A DNA stretch of 63,926 nucleotides, the filler included, from Dugesia japonica (lineage: Eukaryota), in NCBI GenBank assembly GCA_001938525.1. It is 5 parts of 5 records of this genome, joined end to end, with 100 filler letters (N's around TTAATTAATTAA, not from the genome) between each part and the next. Parts side by side here need not be neighbours in the genome. Positions count along the whole stretch, not along the records: positions 1 to 9,533 come from MQRL01584621.1; positions 9,634 to 24,127 come from MQRL01647135.1; 3 more parts are not named here. One strand, 5' to 3'. The notes under the pieces are model-generated. The model was given only the letters and a program-made list of their open reading frames with translations. It was not told the origin of the DNA and did not search any database. Positions 1 through 15,282 of the stretch are shown here, piece by piece. A program made the translations under genes and the position numbers. Within the stretch, counting starts at the first letter, position 1, and each line of letters opens with the position of its first letter.

Positions 1-2038
1 TGTATAAAGATGGACCCCCTAGAATTAATTACATAAATCATCTAAATAAAAAGGGTAAAACCCCAACAGATATAATAATTAAAGATAATCAATAATTAGA
101 TGCCTAAGGTAAAATATGCTCAGAAAATAAATCAAAGTATTTAAATAATCGAAAAGGAGAATGTAAAATAAAACCAGGAAAATATTATTATTTATAATTT
201 ATATAAATGTGCTGAAAGTATTCATGTATTAAAAATAAAATTATATTGATGAGAGAAAAATGGAAAGATTAAAACAAATAATTATATTAAAATATTTTGA
301 TATTTAAGAGAAATACTAGGAAAGGAAAAGCAGAATATATCATCATAATCATTATAAATATGAAAATAATAGATTATTAGTCAGGTTTAAGTACAAGAAT
401 TGTATTATAATTATAATTTTTTAGAAAACATAACAATGCNNNNNNNNNNNNNNNNNNNNNNNNNNNNNNNNNNNNTATTATTATTCAATAAATATTATTA
501 TTTATAATGAACAAGAAGGAATTATAAAAGAAAAGTTATATGTAGAAGAAGCTCTGATGATTTTTGTAAGAATTCAGGGTTGATATGTTCATATCTGCAT
601 GTGATTGTGTACTTATCTTTATTTCTAAAACCCATACAAGTTTTAGAAAATTATTATTTTTTAAGAAAAATATTATTTTTTTAAGCCTCTCCACTTGAGG
701 AAAAAAATATAGAAAATCTGTGAGCACATAATCCGCTACAGAATTAACAAAAAATAAAAATAATCACCCCATATTTGGGCATCTATGTAGAAACTACGGG
801 TGAACAGCGTACGATTTCTTGCATTAACAGAAATTTGTAGTGGACGCCAACTGTATCTGTCAAAATTTNACGATACAGTGAGGTATAAAATGAAATCAAA
901 ATCATTAGAAAAACACTCTTAAAAATTTGTAAAATCACGCTTGCTAATTTATTGTTAAAAATGGCGAGTCGTATTTTCCCATTAAAACCAAGTAACAGGA
1001 CACGAAAGTAAGATTTTATTTTATTTATTCTTATATGATCGAAAGACTGGGACGATGTTCATCGTTGACTGACAACGCCGGCAACGATGGACATCAGTGC
1101 TCAGAGATCCAAATTAATACGGGATTATCCACGTATGCTTATGTTTATGATATTGTGAGAGTCACGAAAGATAATTATAATATTGACGAGAGATGTAAGA
1201 TGTTATTACTACTTATGAAAGACAGAAAGGGTTAATACGTATGAGAGAATGAATGAGGTTATGAAAGATGAGAGACGTTAATGTTTATGAACGATATTAA
1301 AATCAAAGCGTATGAGTATGAAGTAGTAATTGGCAATGAAGCGTTACGTGTTAGGAATCGATAGTGAAATGATATGAACTGATTACAAAACCGTAGATAA
1401 TTGTGGAAGTGAAACGATTATGATTATGACATGTGAAACGTTTATGATAGGAAGTAGACGATCAGGGTGTGTTGAAACAGTGAAGTGAATAACTTNATTA
1501 TGTGGTGGTTGAATCTTATCGTATTTATTAACTTTGATTTTATTTTTTATGATTACCTGGTTGTAAATTTATATGAAAATATTATATCATTCGATTAACA
1601 TTTGTTAGTTCTTATACTAGACGATTACCAATATTCAATAATAAAGAATTGGAGTGCTTATATGATAAGCACTAGGAAGCTGGCTAATGGATCAATCGTC
1701 ATTCGGAGGATAATGGATCTCTCAAGATAACATATGAATATGATCATGATTATGAGATTGAAGTATAACTCAACAAAGATCGAAGTGGAAGTGATTAGCA
1801 TCAGGAAATGTATAATGATTTAATAAGAACGAAGATAAATATGAATTGGTTATGAAAGAGAATCCAACCTCATCCACAATGAAGAATGATCGCTGATTGG
1901 TCAAGGGCAACATTTAGTTCTTTTATTATGATAACATTAAATTATAATTAAATTATAAATAGATATTAGCAAAAATTATTAATTGTAAAATAAATTGTTA
2001 AATTTGCTAAATGCAATCCACTAATATTGATATCTAGA

Positions 2039-2572
2039 ATGTTTAAATCCAGTACCAATGGAGTGGCTAGCAAATCACTAAAACCAGAAGGATGTTTCAT
2101 TCAAACGAACGATGGGAATTTTATGCCAAATCTGTGGCATTCGATTGATAAATACGGAACGGATATAGATCCCTNGTAGATCACACAGGATCTTATTCGG
2201 CAAAAAGATCAGGAACTGTTAACCTTAAAGACGCAGTTGCATAAACAGGAGGAGGTGCTGCAGCAAAAGATCACGATACTTGATGATTTACAGAAACGAG
2301 TAGAACAACAGAAACGGACATATAATGATCAACTCACAGATATGATAAGCAAACAAGAACGACGAGAAAAAGAATTGATATTGATGCTTATCCGTTCTAA
2401 TGAATTGAATCAATATCAACAACAGCTTATGCAGAAATTGCGTTCCATTCAAACAGAACCAGACGAGTATATGAAAATGTCGGAGAGATTGATTGTGAAA
2501 ATAGACACAGCACTTCATCAAGTTCTCGTACCTTTTGATGAAACTTTAGAAATTTCAGAGACGTTCGTGTGA
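2039..2572 (+). CDS. Coiled-coil protein of unknown function (ORF 2237-2572 extends in frame to ATG 2039 across one TAG next to an ambiguous N)
   Basis: Heptad-rich Q/E/K/L sequence. ATG 2039 is preceded by an acceptor-like CTAG|A. It is in frame with a possible upstream micro-exon 961-1007 (ATG...AA|GTAAGA). Confidence 0.45.
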
Positions 2573-2819
2573 TTAGTGTGTTAACATCAATATAGTTTTC
2601 TAATTAGTATTTTCTTGTCTTGAAATGATCCAACACTAATGAAATGAATAATTCAATTGATAGAAAAGAGTTAAAGATAAATTCGTTTTGAAATTACCTT
2701 TCGATTTCTAAATAATATTGATAAATAATATGATGAATATTTTTACATTTTATAAAATAATTATATGAAGATAATTAAAGTTATAAAAAATTACATGTCC
2801 AGAGATTATATTTCCAGAG

Positions 2820-3128
2820 ATGGATGCAAAAAAATTAACAGACACATATATGGCAGACATTCGAGCTAAATGGTGCTCATTCCAGAAGAAGTTAAAGAAT
2901 GAGATCAAGAATTTGCAACATAAGAATACACAACTCAGAGGTAAAGTTGATAAATTGAAGGAACGAGATCTGGCACTATCTCAGTCGTGTCGAGTAATGG
3001 CTGACATTATTAAGACCTACGCGGATCGAGAAGAAGTACTGATAGCGACGGTTTATACACTGACCCAAGTGTCAAGGCCAGCCAAGGAAACCAGCAAAGA
3101 GAAAGAGATCATTAACATCGACGAATGA
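2820..3128 (+). CDS. Small coiled-coil protein (102 aa), unknown function
   Basis: LKNEIKNLQHKNTQLRGKVDKLKERD heptads. Acceptor-like TTTCCAG lies just before the ATG and AATAAA at ~3143 after the stop. Confidence 0.45.
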   Translation: MDAKKLTDTYMADIRAKWCSFQKKLKNEIKNLQHKNTQLRGKVDKLKERDLALSQSCRVMADIIKTYADREEVLIATVYTLTQVSRPAKETSKEKEIINIDE

Positions 3129-4728
3129 ACAGTTGTATTTGAAATAAAGTTTCTGTATAGATTGTTGTAATTGGAGAGGGTATTAATAATTAATAACAAT
3201 TAATGACATCAATAAGTTGAGAGCCAGATAAAACAGAAATTATATACCTAAGACTGGATACCGCGTAATCCCGCGTAATCCCGCTGAATCCGGGAATGGA
3301 GGATCGTGTTACCAGAGAGTGTAACACAAATTTCTGTTGTTACTAGGTATTATCCCCCAGACAGAAATGATGTTTAAAAAAGAAAATAATGGCAATCAAG
3401 AGAATATTAATAAAAAGATAAATCAACATCAAAACAAAAGCCTAGTAGCCCAACAATTTTATAGCAATTAAATACACTTATAAAGATTTTGTCTCTGGAT
3501 TGTTCAGCTATAGAAGTTGAAAATCCTGTTACGAGGTAAAATGGGTGAAATTTTCAAGTTTTACATTTATATTTATGTTAAATTTCTATAATGTGTGTGT
3601 ATCTTGTACATGACTAAAATTGTATATATTTAAATAAAATTAAAATAAACCACATATAATTCATAAAACTAACAGATCCGGCAATTAATTTCAGCGAAAT
3701 GGAATTTATTTACAATTATCCATACAAAATAGATAATGAATTTTTCACATAAATTTCTGATTACAATAAAATGAAAAATAAAGGAAAGATTTTTACAGTT
3801 TAAATAATTAATTAATATTAAAAATAGAATAAAAGTAGAAATCAAACATTAAGTGGTTTGTTACATCAAATCAAAATGTTAAAATTCAATGTTCAGAAAT
3901 AATAAAATTAACAATAATAATATTCTATAAAATTTGAAAATAATAGTCAAGATAGTCACATTGTATTGTCGCCGGCTGGTCTGATTCTTTGAGANNNNNN
4001 NNNNNNNNNNNNNNNNNNNNNNNNNNNNNNNNNNNNNNNNNNNNNNNNNNNNNNNNNNNNNNNNNNNNNNNNNNNNNNNNNNNNNNNNNNNNNNNNNNNN
4101 NNNNNNNNNNNNNNNNNNNNNNNNNNNNNNNNNNNNNNNNNNNNNNNNNNNNNNNNNNNNNNNNNNNNNNNNNNNNTTCATCATCAACTTAATTTTTATG
4201 TTTCTTCTTTATTATTCTCCTTTTTTAAATCTCATAATTTTCTACTAATTATATGTAAGTCCTTAATTTTTTTAAAAAATTTTCCTATAATGTTGCTGCT
4301 CTCATTTAGTTTTTCGGTCTTTAACCTGAATTCTCTAAGAAAGTGAAATAATAATGAAATAATTCAATTATTTTAGACTTTAAAGTTTTTCTTAATAGAT
4401 TTAAGAAATAAATATTTGTCTATGTCGGTCGAAATACAAAGTAATATGAAATAGTAAACATAAAGAAATTACATTTTTAAAATCTCATAATTAAATATTC
4501 TATAATTTTAATTTAATATAATTATTTATTTATTACATAATTTAATACAATATAATAAATTTAATTGATCACAAAATATTTTTTGTAAATTTTAAATTCA
4601 AATTTTTCAAATAAATGGGTGTCAAGAGAAATTATTTATAAGCGGAATAAAACTTGTTTTTTTGAACTTTGTTTAACTATTCATCACTTTTAAATTCTAT
4701 ATTATTAATCAAATAACATTTTGACGTT

Positions 4729-6195
<1,467 letters not shown>

Positions 6196-6980
6196 GTGGG
6201 TTGGGTTTTAATGTGAATTAATGATCCTGGTACTTCGCAAAAGGAGTATTGGTCAAGCTTGATCTTGTATGGGCGTATTGCCCTGAATCGACCGTGCAAT
6301 TGAAGATTTTCATTTGTAGATCGATAACTATAATTATCACATCAAGTTTAATCCTAGCCAGATTCTATAATTTTTTCTGGTTATTTTTATAGCTTTTCTA
6401 CATTGCCGTGAATTCAATTAATAGTTCTTTGTAGAACTGGATTATTCCCGGTTTGCAATATACGAATAGATCGGCAAGAATTGCTAGAAAAGCTGCGATA
6501 TCATGATCATAATTCTGGCTCAAAATGTTGACTAACTTAAACTAAATTAAANTTCAGTTAGTTGGCATCTTGTGGCCAATTTTCAGAGGCGGATGGAAGC
6601 TTTTTGCAAGTCTTTGCGATGATATATTTTATTTAATTTTTGCGAACTTAAAATATTCAATAAAATCTCTAAAAATCTAAATTGGATTCGACTGTTTGTT
6701 TCGATGGAAACAACCCAGTAAATTTAGGTTTTAGAAATATTTTCTTGAGTAATACAGAGGATTTTAATTGAAACATTTAATAAGACGTTATTTTACTAAA
6801 TAACCCCTTGTGGAACCGTTTTGTATTGATTAAAAATAATTCTATTTCTGTTAAATTTATAAATGGGCTTTGATTATTGCTTAATTTAGGATGTTTGGAC
6901 GTAAAATGAAAAGAAACCTAAGTATTGTATCTAATTTTGATTGATGGAGCATCAATTTATTACTTAAATAATGACGTTTA

Positions 6981-7170
6981 ATGGTTGTATTAATGAGATT
7001 TGGGGTACGCAGTAACGGGGAATGGTTGTATTTATGAGATTTGGGGTACGCAGTAAGGGGGGGGGCTGTTGTATTTATGAGATTTGGGGTACGCAGTAAG
7101 AGGGAATGGTTGGATTTATGGGATTTGGGGTACGCAGTAAGAGGGAATGGTTGGATTTATGGGATTTGAT
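6981..7170. repeat. Tandem repeat, ~41-bp unit (ATGGTTGTATTTATGAGATTTGGGGTACGCAGTAAGAGGGA), ~4.5 copies, inside the DDX5 intron
   Basis: Units visible directly; a partial extra copy lies near 7357-7400. Confidence 0.9.
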
Positions 7171-8204
7171 GTACAGAGAAAAAGAATGCTATCGACTAGA
7201 TGTATGTATGTATGCATAAGTTTATATATAGTCTACGTAACAATATAAGAGTCAGGATTATGAAAATATGAAAATATATATAAATGGATGAGCTCTAAAA
7301 ATCCAGCATTGATTCGCTTTTACATCTAAATTTCATTTATTATATTATATTATATTACGTACGCAGTGATGAGGAATGGTTGGATTTAAGAGATTTTGCG
7401 TATGGTGAAAGGAAATTGTGTCGAATGAATCGGTATTTATGCATTAGTGTTTATATAAAATCGACAGTTATAAATGGGATCCATAAAAATCGGGGTATTA
7501 AATAACCTGATTTGTATGTATGCATAGGGCGCAAAAAGTTAACGGAGTGCAACAGTTGTAAAGGATATGAAAATATGACTTGTGTGTATGTAATAAATGG
7601 ATGAGTCCTAAAACGGAAGAATTAAATTGCCTTTTCATCTAATTTTTATTAATGGGGTAATAAAGTCACATAATCCTGTTCCTGATCTCCGTAAATGTTT
7701 AGGTTCCCCTAACACGTATATACAAAGTAGGTTATTATTTAAAAACCCTATTTTTATAGGTCCTTGTTACGTAGGCTATATATAAATTTATGCAGCACGT
7801 ATGATTCGCTTGACTATCGGATTCTAATGTTTTTTGTACATTGTTTTCATTTTTCATTAGTCAAATAAGTTTTTTAATTCGATTTAATTATTTATTCCTT
7901 ATTTAATATTATTTATTTATTATTATCCTTTTTATTTAATCTAATGATTTATATTTATTAATTTTCCTTGAATTTCGCTATTTTTCTTTTAGATCCTCGT
8001 TCTTTAAATTTAATTCTCCAAGACAAACTTTAATACATTCATTTCGCTGTATTCCTTTCTAAATGAAATTTTCTTCTTCGATATTTTCAAAAATTTGATG
8101 TTTGCTTTTGGTTTAATTTATGAAAGTATGAATTTTTGAGGATACTTTCCCCACTCTATACTCAAAATCTTCTAAATCCAACTAGTCTATCCACATGAAC
8201 AGCC

Positions 8205-8340
8205 CTTTAAATCATATGGAATCCATCTATCGAGTTTTTTCACTTTGTTTATTTGAGGGAAATGGTCCAAAATCATTGGGATAGAAACATCAAATCTTGC
8301 AGCTAATTCGCTTATAATTTGATGTATCACTTTTAATGCA
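8205..8340 (-). mobile_element. Mariner transposase fragment (N-terminal HTH / WVPHEL region)
   Basis: The minus strand translates ELAARFDVSIPMILDHFPQINKVKKLDRWIPYDL, matching the mariner ...KKLDRWVPHEL motif. Confidence 0.8.
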
Positions 8341-9533
8341 GTTTTTAATTAACCTTTTTCAGTTCCCCTGATGCCACATGTAATCAGTGAATATTTTTTA
8401 ATGTTTTTTGTTCAGGAATGCAAATAATTATGCTCTTGCTTACAGCGCCCACTACAGGGCGGCAAGTGTGAGTAAAAATATTGATGTGTTAAACACCTAA
8501 TTAATAGAAAATTTCACATATCGATTTTTTCGTACTATAAAGAAAAACAGTCCGTAGCGTATTTATATTGTTTTTGTCTAAAAGCTAAAAATATTTACAA
8601 ATAAGATTTAAATAAATTTTATTTACAAAAAAATTAACGCAGAATTTTTAAAAATATTTATTCTTAAAGTGCGGTGATTTGTCTTGTATCTGGGGCAACG
8701 TAACCGTGGAGATGACGCTGTTGCTTGGTTTGTGTTGTGATTGGCCAAGTCATGATTGACACAATATCAATGCAGTCTAATGATTCTTACTTATTTAGTG
8801 ATTTATTTGGGGTTTAAAAGGTTTGAAAAATCTTACTATTAAAAATTTAATTTGGTAATGAAAGGGTTAATTTTGATAAAATTAGAATTATTTTTAATCA
8901 ATACAATGAGGCTGCGCTATTTGTTATTTAATAAAATAGGGTTTTATAAAATAAATTTCAAGGAAATTTAAATGAAACGATTTTGAAAATTACAAATTTT
9001 AGAATAATTATTAGACTTCATCATCTGTTTCATTTTTTTAAAATAAAATCAATATAGAATGGTGTTTTGTCCAGAGATACAAATATATGNTCATTGTTTG
9101 GTTTGTGTTGTGATCGGCCCAGTCGTAACACACCACATTTCCCCCCGATCTAATTTATTTTAGTAATGAAAGAGTTAAAGAATTTCCCTTATTAAAATTG
9201 TGCAATGTTTCAAATAAAGTTCGTATCGATAAATTTATGTATGTAAGATATCTAATATTTGCATATTACCAAATATAATTGCAATTTACACCAAGACCTC
9301 GAAGTTGCGTTGTTGATAATTCTTTTTGCGTTAATCAATTAACAAAAATAGGTATGTAAATATATAGGAAAAATTATTTCGATTTTTGTCATTTCAAATT
9401 TTGTCGTCATTCCTCGGTTCTAATTAACGACACAAATTGAGGTGTTGGTGTACACATTTTCGTTGTTTTTAATAAAAATTGTCTCGTAGTAACATATGGG
9501 TTAATTTCAATTTTTTTAGCAAACTTTTTATCA

Positions 9534-9633
9534 NNNNNNNNNNNNNNNNNNNNNNNNNNNNNNNNNNNNNNNNNNNNTTAATTAATTAANNNNNNNNNNN
9601 NNNNNNNNNNNNNNNNNNNNNNNNNNNNNNNNN
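9534..9633. other. Artificial contig linker N44-TTAATTAATTAA-N44
   Basis: 12-mer with stops in all six frames, centred in a 100-bp N block; identical at four places. Confidence 0.9.
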
Positions 9634-9685
9634 AAAAATTAGAAAACAAACGCCATTTAATATAATGTATAACTTAACGAGAAAT

Positions 9686-9760
9686 TTAAGGTAGATAGTG
9701 GCGCATTGCCCGCATTGATTTTTCATTAAAAAGACCCCTACTCCCACCCTGGGGCAGAAG
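9686..9760 (+). mobile_element. DNA-transposon terminus TTAA|GGTAGATAGTGGCGCA (Kolobok-like RR end after TTAA)
   Basis: The same terminus occurs in reverse at ~27087-27109 and ~28101-28124 (GGGCTGATGCGCCACTATCTACCT). Confidence 0.5.
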
Positions 9761-12049
9761 ACCAAAAATAAAAATTATAAAAAAATAAATAAAATAAAAA
9801 AATATAATTTTAAAAAAAACAAATTATAAATAAATAAAAAAGAAATTTAAAAACGGGCATAAAAATTTAAAAGAAATTTAAAAAGTGAATTAATTAAATG
9901 ATAATAAAAAAAATAATAAAATAAAATAATAAAAATATATATATATAAATAAAAGAAATTATTGGTATTGCCAATGTGGTAAAGATTCTAAAGAAATAAA
10001 TGCAGTATTTGCAGAAAACAAGAATAAATGCTCAGAAAATAAGAAATAAAAATCAAAAATTATTTTTTATCTGTATTATATTTTAAAACTGTCATAGCAT
10101 ATCTTTTGTATTTTGATTCTCTTAAAATTATAATCCTTTTGAAGCCAATGTCAATATTGAGTTTAATTTTGAAGTTTTATTTAAGTCATATATTTTTTCA
10201 AGTAGGTTATTTTCATAAAAAAAGTTTGATTGTGGGTTATTTTTGTAAAAAAAACTTAAATGCGGGTTATAAAATTTTTCAAGTGGGTTATTTTTGTAAT
10301 TATTGTGCTTTTCCGAAAATAACCCTAATCCGAAAAAATAATTCACGATGAATATATTTTGAAGTTTTTTTTGAAAGAAATCCTATATCGCAAATGAACA
10401 CCGGACAACAATTGATCATAAAATTGTGTCATCGATTCTTCGGAGAAACTTCTTGTTAATGCACTGTGTGAAAGAGTATTCAGACAAAGGTTTTTTCATT
10501 TGATGAATGTTATATTGAAAATCACGAACGAATAGGATCTGTANTTGTTGTTAATGCACTGTGTGAAAGAGTATTCAGACAAAGGTTTTTTTCATTTGAT
10601 GAATGTTATATTGAAAATCACGAACGAATAGGATCTGTAATTCAACAAGAAATGTCAATTTTGATAAAGAACTGGATCAACAGTAGTATAAAGACATTAC
10701 CGAAAGTGATAAAATGATTGATTTAGAATAAATAATTAAATTTATGGTTTTATTCACGTTTTTTTAAATTTCTGTCTCATTGTCAAGTGTTTTAATGTTG
10801 ATTGCATACTTTCTCCGAACGTACGTCTAGATTAGATTTTTGAAATAAGCCGTTTTACTTACAGAAAAACACAGTATCATAATTAATTATATTAAACTAA
10901 CTTTTAATTCCTAAATTAGTCGAAAAAAAAATATATTAATTGATTTTATATTTTCACCTTATTTATGCAAATTATATAAATCAGTGGTTCCCAAATTGTG
11001 CTGTGTTACAAAGACGCCAATTATTAGACCTATTAGTTTATGGATACATAGCTTCTGGCTCATATTATTGACAGGTCACGTCACACATACTATAAACAAC
11101 AAAAGTTTTGATGTTCAAAGCTTCGGTGCAAAATTTTAAACATTAATTGTATAAAATGGATTTTTATAACTATATTATTAATTTTTTTTTAAAAGTGTGA
11201 AACAAAAATTTTTATTGTTATTATTATTATTATTAAAAAACTATGAAATTTTAAAAATCCTTTTAAAACAATATTTAATTCATTTTATATAAATTAGTTT
11301 CGATATATTAAAGGTTCTGATTATTTAATCAATCTTACAATCTCTTTAGTTAAAAACATTCAATAAATATTTAGATAGACCAGTTTGAATATTAATTTTT
11401 GGATCAATTGATTTAATAATCAATACTTCACACATAAATCTCTCAAAATAATCTTTAAGAATATTGAAAAAAATTTTAAAGTTATTTATACTGATAACGG
11501 ATTTAATATTAATATTACAGATCATCATCATAAAATTTCTGAGAAGTGCTGGAAAATTATGCAGAAATTATTAGACTTTGATAACATATTTCATATTCTA
11601 TTTATCATATTCATTTGATTAAAACATTTTCATTCATTTGATTAAAAACTTCCACTCACTTAACCTAATTAATTACCCAAGCTTCCTTCAAACTAGTCTC
11701 TTAATCTATTGAATATACTTAATTTGGTTCATTAGACAAATAATTTTAGACATAAGTAATTTTAAGTAATTAAAACAAACACTAAACCAAGTCTAATGTT
11801 TAATGTGGATCAACATGATTTTATAGTCTACCATCATTACACATTGCATTCTGCAACTAATGATACGGTTAGTGATACAATGAATTTTCCTCATTATTTA
11901 TTAAGTCATATAACAATTTTGTCAAGTCAGTTACAATAAGTTAATCAATTAACCAAGTGATACATTGTGATACAGTTAAATCAATAGGATACAGTAAACT
12001 AATGAACACTGCATATTTCACGATAGTTAGTATTATATCACAGTACTCG

Positions 12050-13745
12050 ATTGAATCAAAGTAAAGTGTTCGAGGAAATGATGAAAACATCTTCTTTATT
12101 TCCAATTATTTGTAATAACCGTTCATCGTCTTTAATCTTCTGAAAACATAAAGATCATGTCAATCACTCTCCCTTTTTCATTTGAATACCAAATTTTTCT
12201 TCACTATTTCCAATGTAATTTTAAACGTTTTCATTACTCTTACTGTTCACTTTCCGTACAAGTTGGTATAAAAATGTCTTCTTCATATTTAATCTTCAAA
12301 TCAGATCTGGTGTCACTCTTTCTGCAACTAAGAGTGACCTCTTTGGAAATGTCATCAATTGTCACTGTAGTTCTTACTTTCTCAACAATTTTAAGTGTAC
12401 TATCATTTGCACACCGCAAGTTTTCGTTGCTTATTTTTAAATGTAGTTCTTGTAATTTATTTGAACAACTCAAACTCGTAACGTTAATCCAATTCCTCTT
12501 TGTCAAAAAGACATTCAAATTTATTTCCCTGAATTTTTACTGTAAAACTTGATCTGCCTTGCAGTTTATGGTACAAAATATGTGTTCTCTGTTCTGCTTT
12601 AATTGTTCCAACCCATACTATTTTTCTATCATCCCCAAAACTGTATATATTTTCTATAACTTTTCCGATATAATAATATTTTAAAACTCTTGAGAATAAT
12701 CAGTCGCTTCATTTAAGAATGGATGGCTCCAACCAACTCCTTTACTGCTGGAGCCCTGACTTTTGGATATTGTCTTTTAAAATCACTTTTCTATACTTCC
12801 TCATATCTATTGTGTTTATTGACTTCTTCATCTGTAATCTCATGAATTCGATTATATCGGTTTTCTGACCCCATATTTTCACAGATTTCTCAATTTTTCT
12901 TTTCATTTTTAAATTTGTGTATCACTCGTCTGCCCTATGTTCACTATTTCCACATATTTTATACCTCGCCTTTTAACATTATATTTTAATATAGCCCACC
13001 TTTCCACAACCAAAATATTTTGTTAGTTTTTTATCGTGTCGAACTTGACTTTTATGTCTTTTTAGGAAAATTTCAAGATTCTACTACTTTCTTTGTCGGA
13101 TAATTTGACTTAGTATGACCGATCTTATGGCATAATCAACATTCAATCCTACTCACTGTATGATTTACAGGTTTTTTATATTTTTGACTTTTAATTCTCG
13201 TGTAACTTCTAACTGCGTCAACTTGATCTATGTCTTTCTCTTCTTTATCAACTAACGTCATTGTTTATTCAATTTCTTCTATATTCTGTCATTTGTAACC
13301 TCTTCTTCAACTTTTTTTTATCTGAACAATAAACTAACATCTTTGCGAACATTCTTTCATCTGTAAAACTTTATTTTTAAATAATCCTTTTAATAAATCT
13401 TTTACATTCTTAAAATAAACTTGAACTTCTTCATTTCCATGCCTATAGTTAATGAAATTTTGAAAGGCTTTGATAACATTTTTCTCTTTTTCAAATGTCA
13501 AACGTAAACACGTCTGAAAACCATCATCTTTTTTATAACGTCTTCCCATATTTTTCCTACAAATCCTCATCTAACACACAAGAGACTAATCTCTTCTGTT
13601 GTTTTATCTGGGTCCTGATTTTAGTCTCAAAATATAATTCACACAGCTTGATGAAATTTTCAATATCATCTTTTCTGCAGAACACATTCGGTAATAATCT
13701 ATCTGTAATCGAATTGGTATTTCCGCTGCCACCTTATTAGGTACA
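12050..13745 (-). pseudogene. gag: Decayed Ty3/gypsy gag-protease region with PBS-like site
   Basis: Minus strand: C*LCHKIGHTKSNY and KICGNSEHRADE zinc-knuckle remnants; VKIQGNKFECLFD and LRCANDSTLKI protease remnants; GGTGGCAGCGG (tRNA-Leu-type PBS-like) at ~13722-13733. Confidence 0.7.
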
Positions 13746-13865
13746 TCTTCTAACGATAATTGATTTTACAAATCACAGCAATTAATTCCACACATTTTTA
13801 TTTGAACTAAAACTTTGAAAATATACTGTAAACTTTTCTAAAATAGATACTAAGAATTATTTTAA

Positions 13866-13929
<64 letters not shown>
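13866..13929. repeat. (AAT)n microsatellite running into an N gap
   Basis: Direct observation. Confidence 0.95.
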
Positions 13930-15205
13930 NNNNNNNNNNNNNNNNNNNNNNNNNNNNNNNNNNNNNNNNNNNNNNNNNNNNNNNNNNNNNNNNNNNNNNN
14001 NNNNNNNNNNNNNNNNNNNNNNNNNNNNNNNNNNNNNNNNNNNNNNNNNNNNNNNNNNNNNNNNNNNNNNNNNNNNNNNNNNNNNNNNNNNNNNNNNNNN
14101 NNNNNNNNNNNNNNNNNNNNNNNNNNNNNNNNNNNNNNNNNNNNNNNNNNNNNCACATGATAATAAAATAATATGAAAAGTTCATTTTAGATATAAAAAT
14201 TCACACGTTTAAAAAATAAAAAATATTTTAAGGCGTGAATTCATACTCCAATAAAAAATAATGAGATGTGAAAATTCTCATGTTTTGAAAACCAATAAAA
14301 CATCAATTGTTTACATTAATGTATAAAATTGCATACTGTTGAAAAATAAAATTGATAATATCTTAATATTGGTGAGCAGACAATTCGGCATATGACAAAT
14401 CAAGAACCGACATACCCCAAAATTAACCATTACTATTATTATTATTAAAATTCAAAATGTAAAAAACACTATCACACTCAATTGACAATATACTATACAA
14501 TTTTCCTAATATTTTTTACTACCGAAGCAATTTGACCATCCATAATATTGTCTGGGATAAATTCATACTATCCATATCGACCGTATCTAAATTATAATTT
14601 TCCTCATTATCGTCCACAACATACTCATCATAAAACGAATTTGATTAAAATTTACTTATTTCGACTTGTTCGTCATTACTAAATTACATAAAGGGCTAAA
14701 TGGATAGCGTGTTTATAACACAGCTGTTGCAAACAAAGAACCAGCTTTCCAAATTTCATCATATCAGTTGTTTTCTGCAGGTGTGGTAGTGATAAATTAA
14801 AAAATAAATTTTAAAGTATTTAAAGTTTGAATTAATAAGTGAAAAATTAAATATTAAAGTTTTTCTTTTATAACAATCAACTAGGTCTGTATAACTTTAA
14901 TAGTCAAATAATTTTCAATTAATTTAAAGTAATTCTAGCTAAAAAATAAGTGAGATAGGTGGTTCCACAAAAAAGAGAAGGAAGTGCAATTACAATGCAG
15001 ATTGACAAAAAAAATATTTCCTGCAACCATTCAATTTTATTATCTAAAGAATGGTTTGAGTTTTAAAGTATAAGATTTCTTACTAAAATGCTATCTTTAC
15101 TTAAAACAGTTGATCGATTGTTACTAAGCCGGAAGCCACTCAAATATTAATTTTTTTAATGTTGGCAAAATTGTTTATCTTCCTAATCAAGCTCTGACAC
15201 AAATG

Positions 15206-15282
15206 AAAATTATACCAAAAAAATTCATTTTTAAAAATTATACCAAAAAAATTCATTTTTAAAAATTATACCAAAAAAATTA
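15206..15282. repeat. Short tandem repeat AAAATTATACCAAAAAAATTCATTTTTA, ~2.7 copies
   Basis: Direct observation. Confidence 0.8.

Larger units (their letters stand above)
826..3338 (+). mobile_element. Putative ~2.5 kb element bounded by 13-bp perfect inverted repeats, carrying two coiled-coil ORFs
   Basis: AACAGAAATTTGT at 826-838 and its reverse complement ACAAATTTCTGTT at 3326-3338. A hairpin GTGTTAC-N8-GTAACAC lies at 3306-3327 and CTAG at 3343-3346. No TSD or transposase recognised. Confidence 0.35.

Noticed and set aside
3301-3330. PPT plus TGTAAC as the start of an LTR
   Set aside because: The purine tract is short and interrupted, and there is no second LTR or pol nearby. The hairpin/inverted-repeat reading fits as well, so it is left unresolved.
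3879-4192. ORFs dominated by X (also 13857-14185, 27602-27823, 33339-33533)
   Set aside because: They are produced by N runs and microsatellites.
6981-7170. Regular repeats resembling a CRISPR array
   Set aside because: Units are contiguous with no unique spacers, the context is a eukaryotic intron, and there are no cas genes.
10449-10640. ~95-bp direct duplication
   Set aside because: The copies are separated by a single N, so this is an unmerged contig overlap. The same artefact flanks gaps at 35947-35996, 47521-47570 and 60495-60544.
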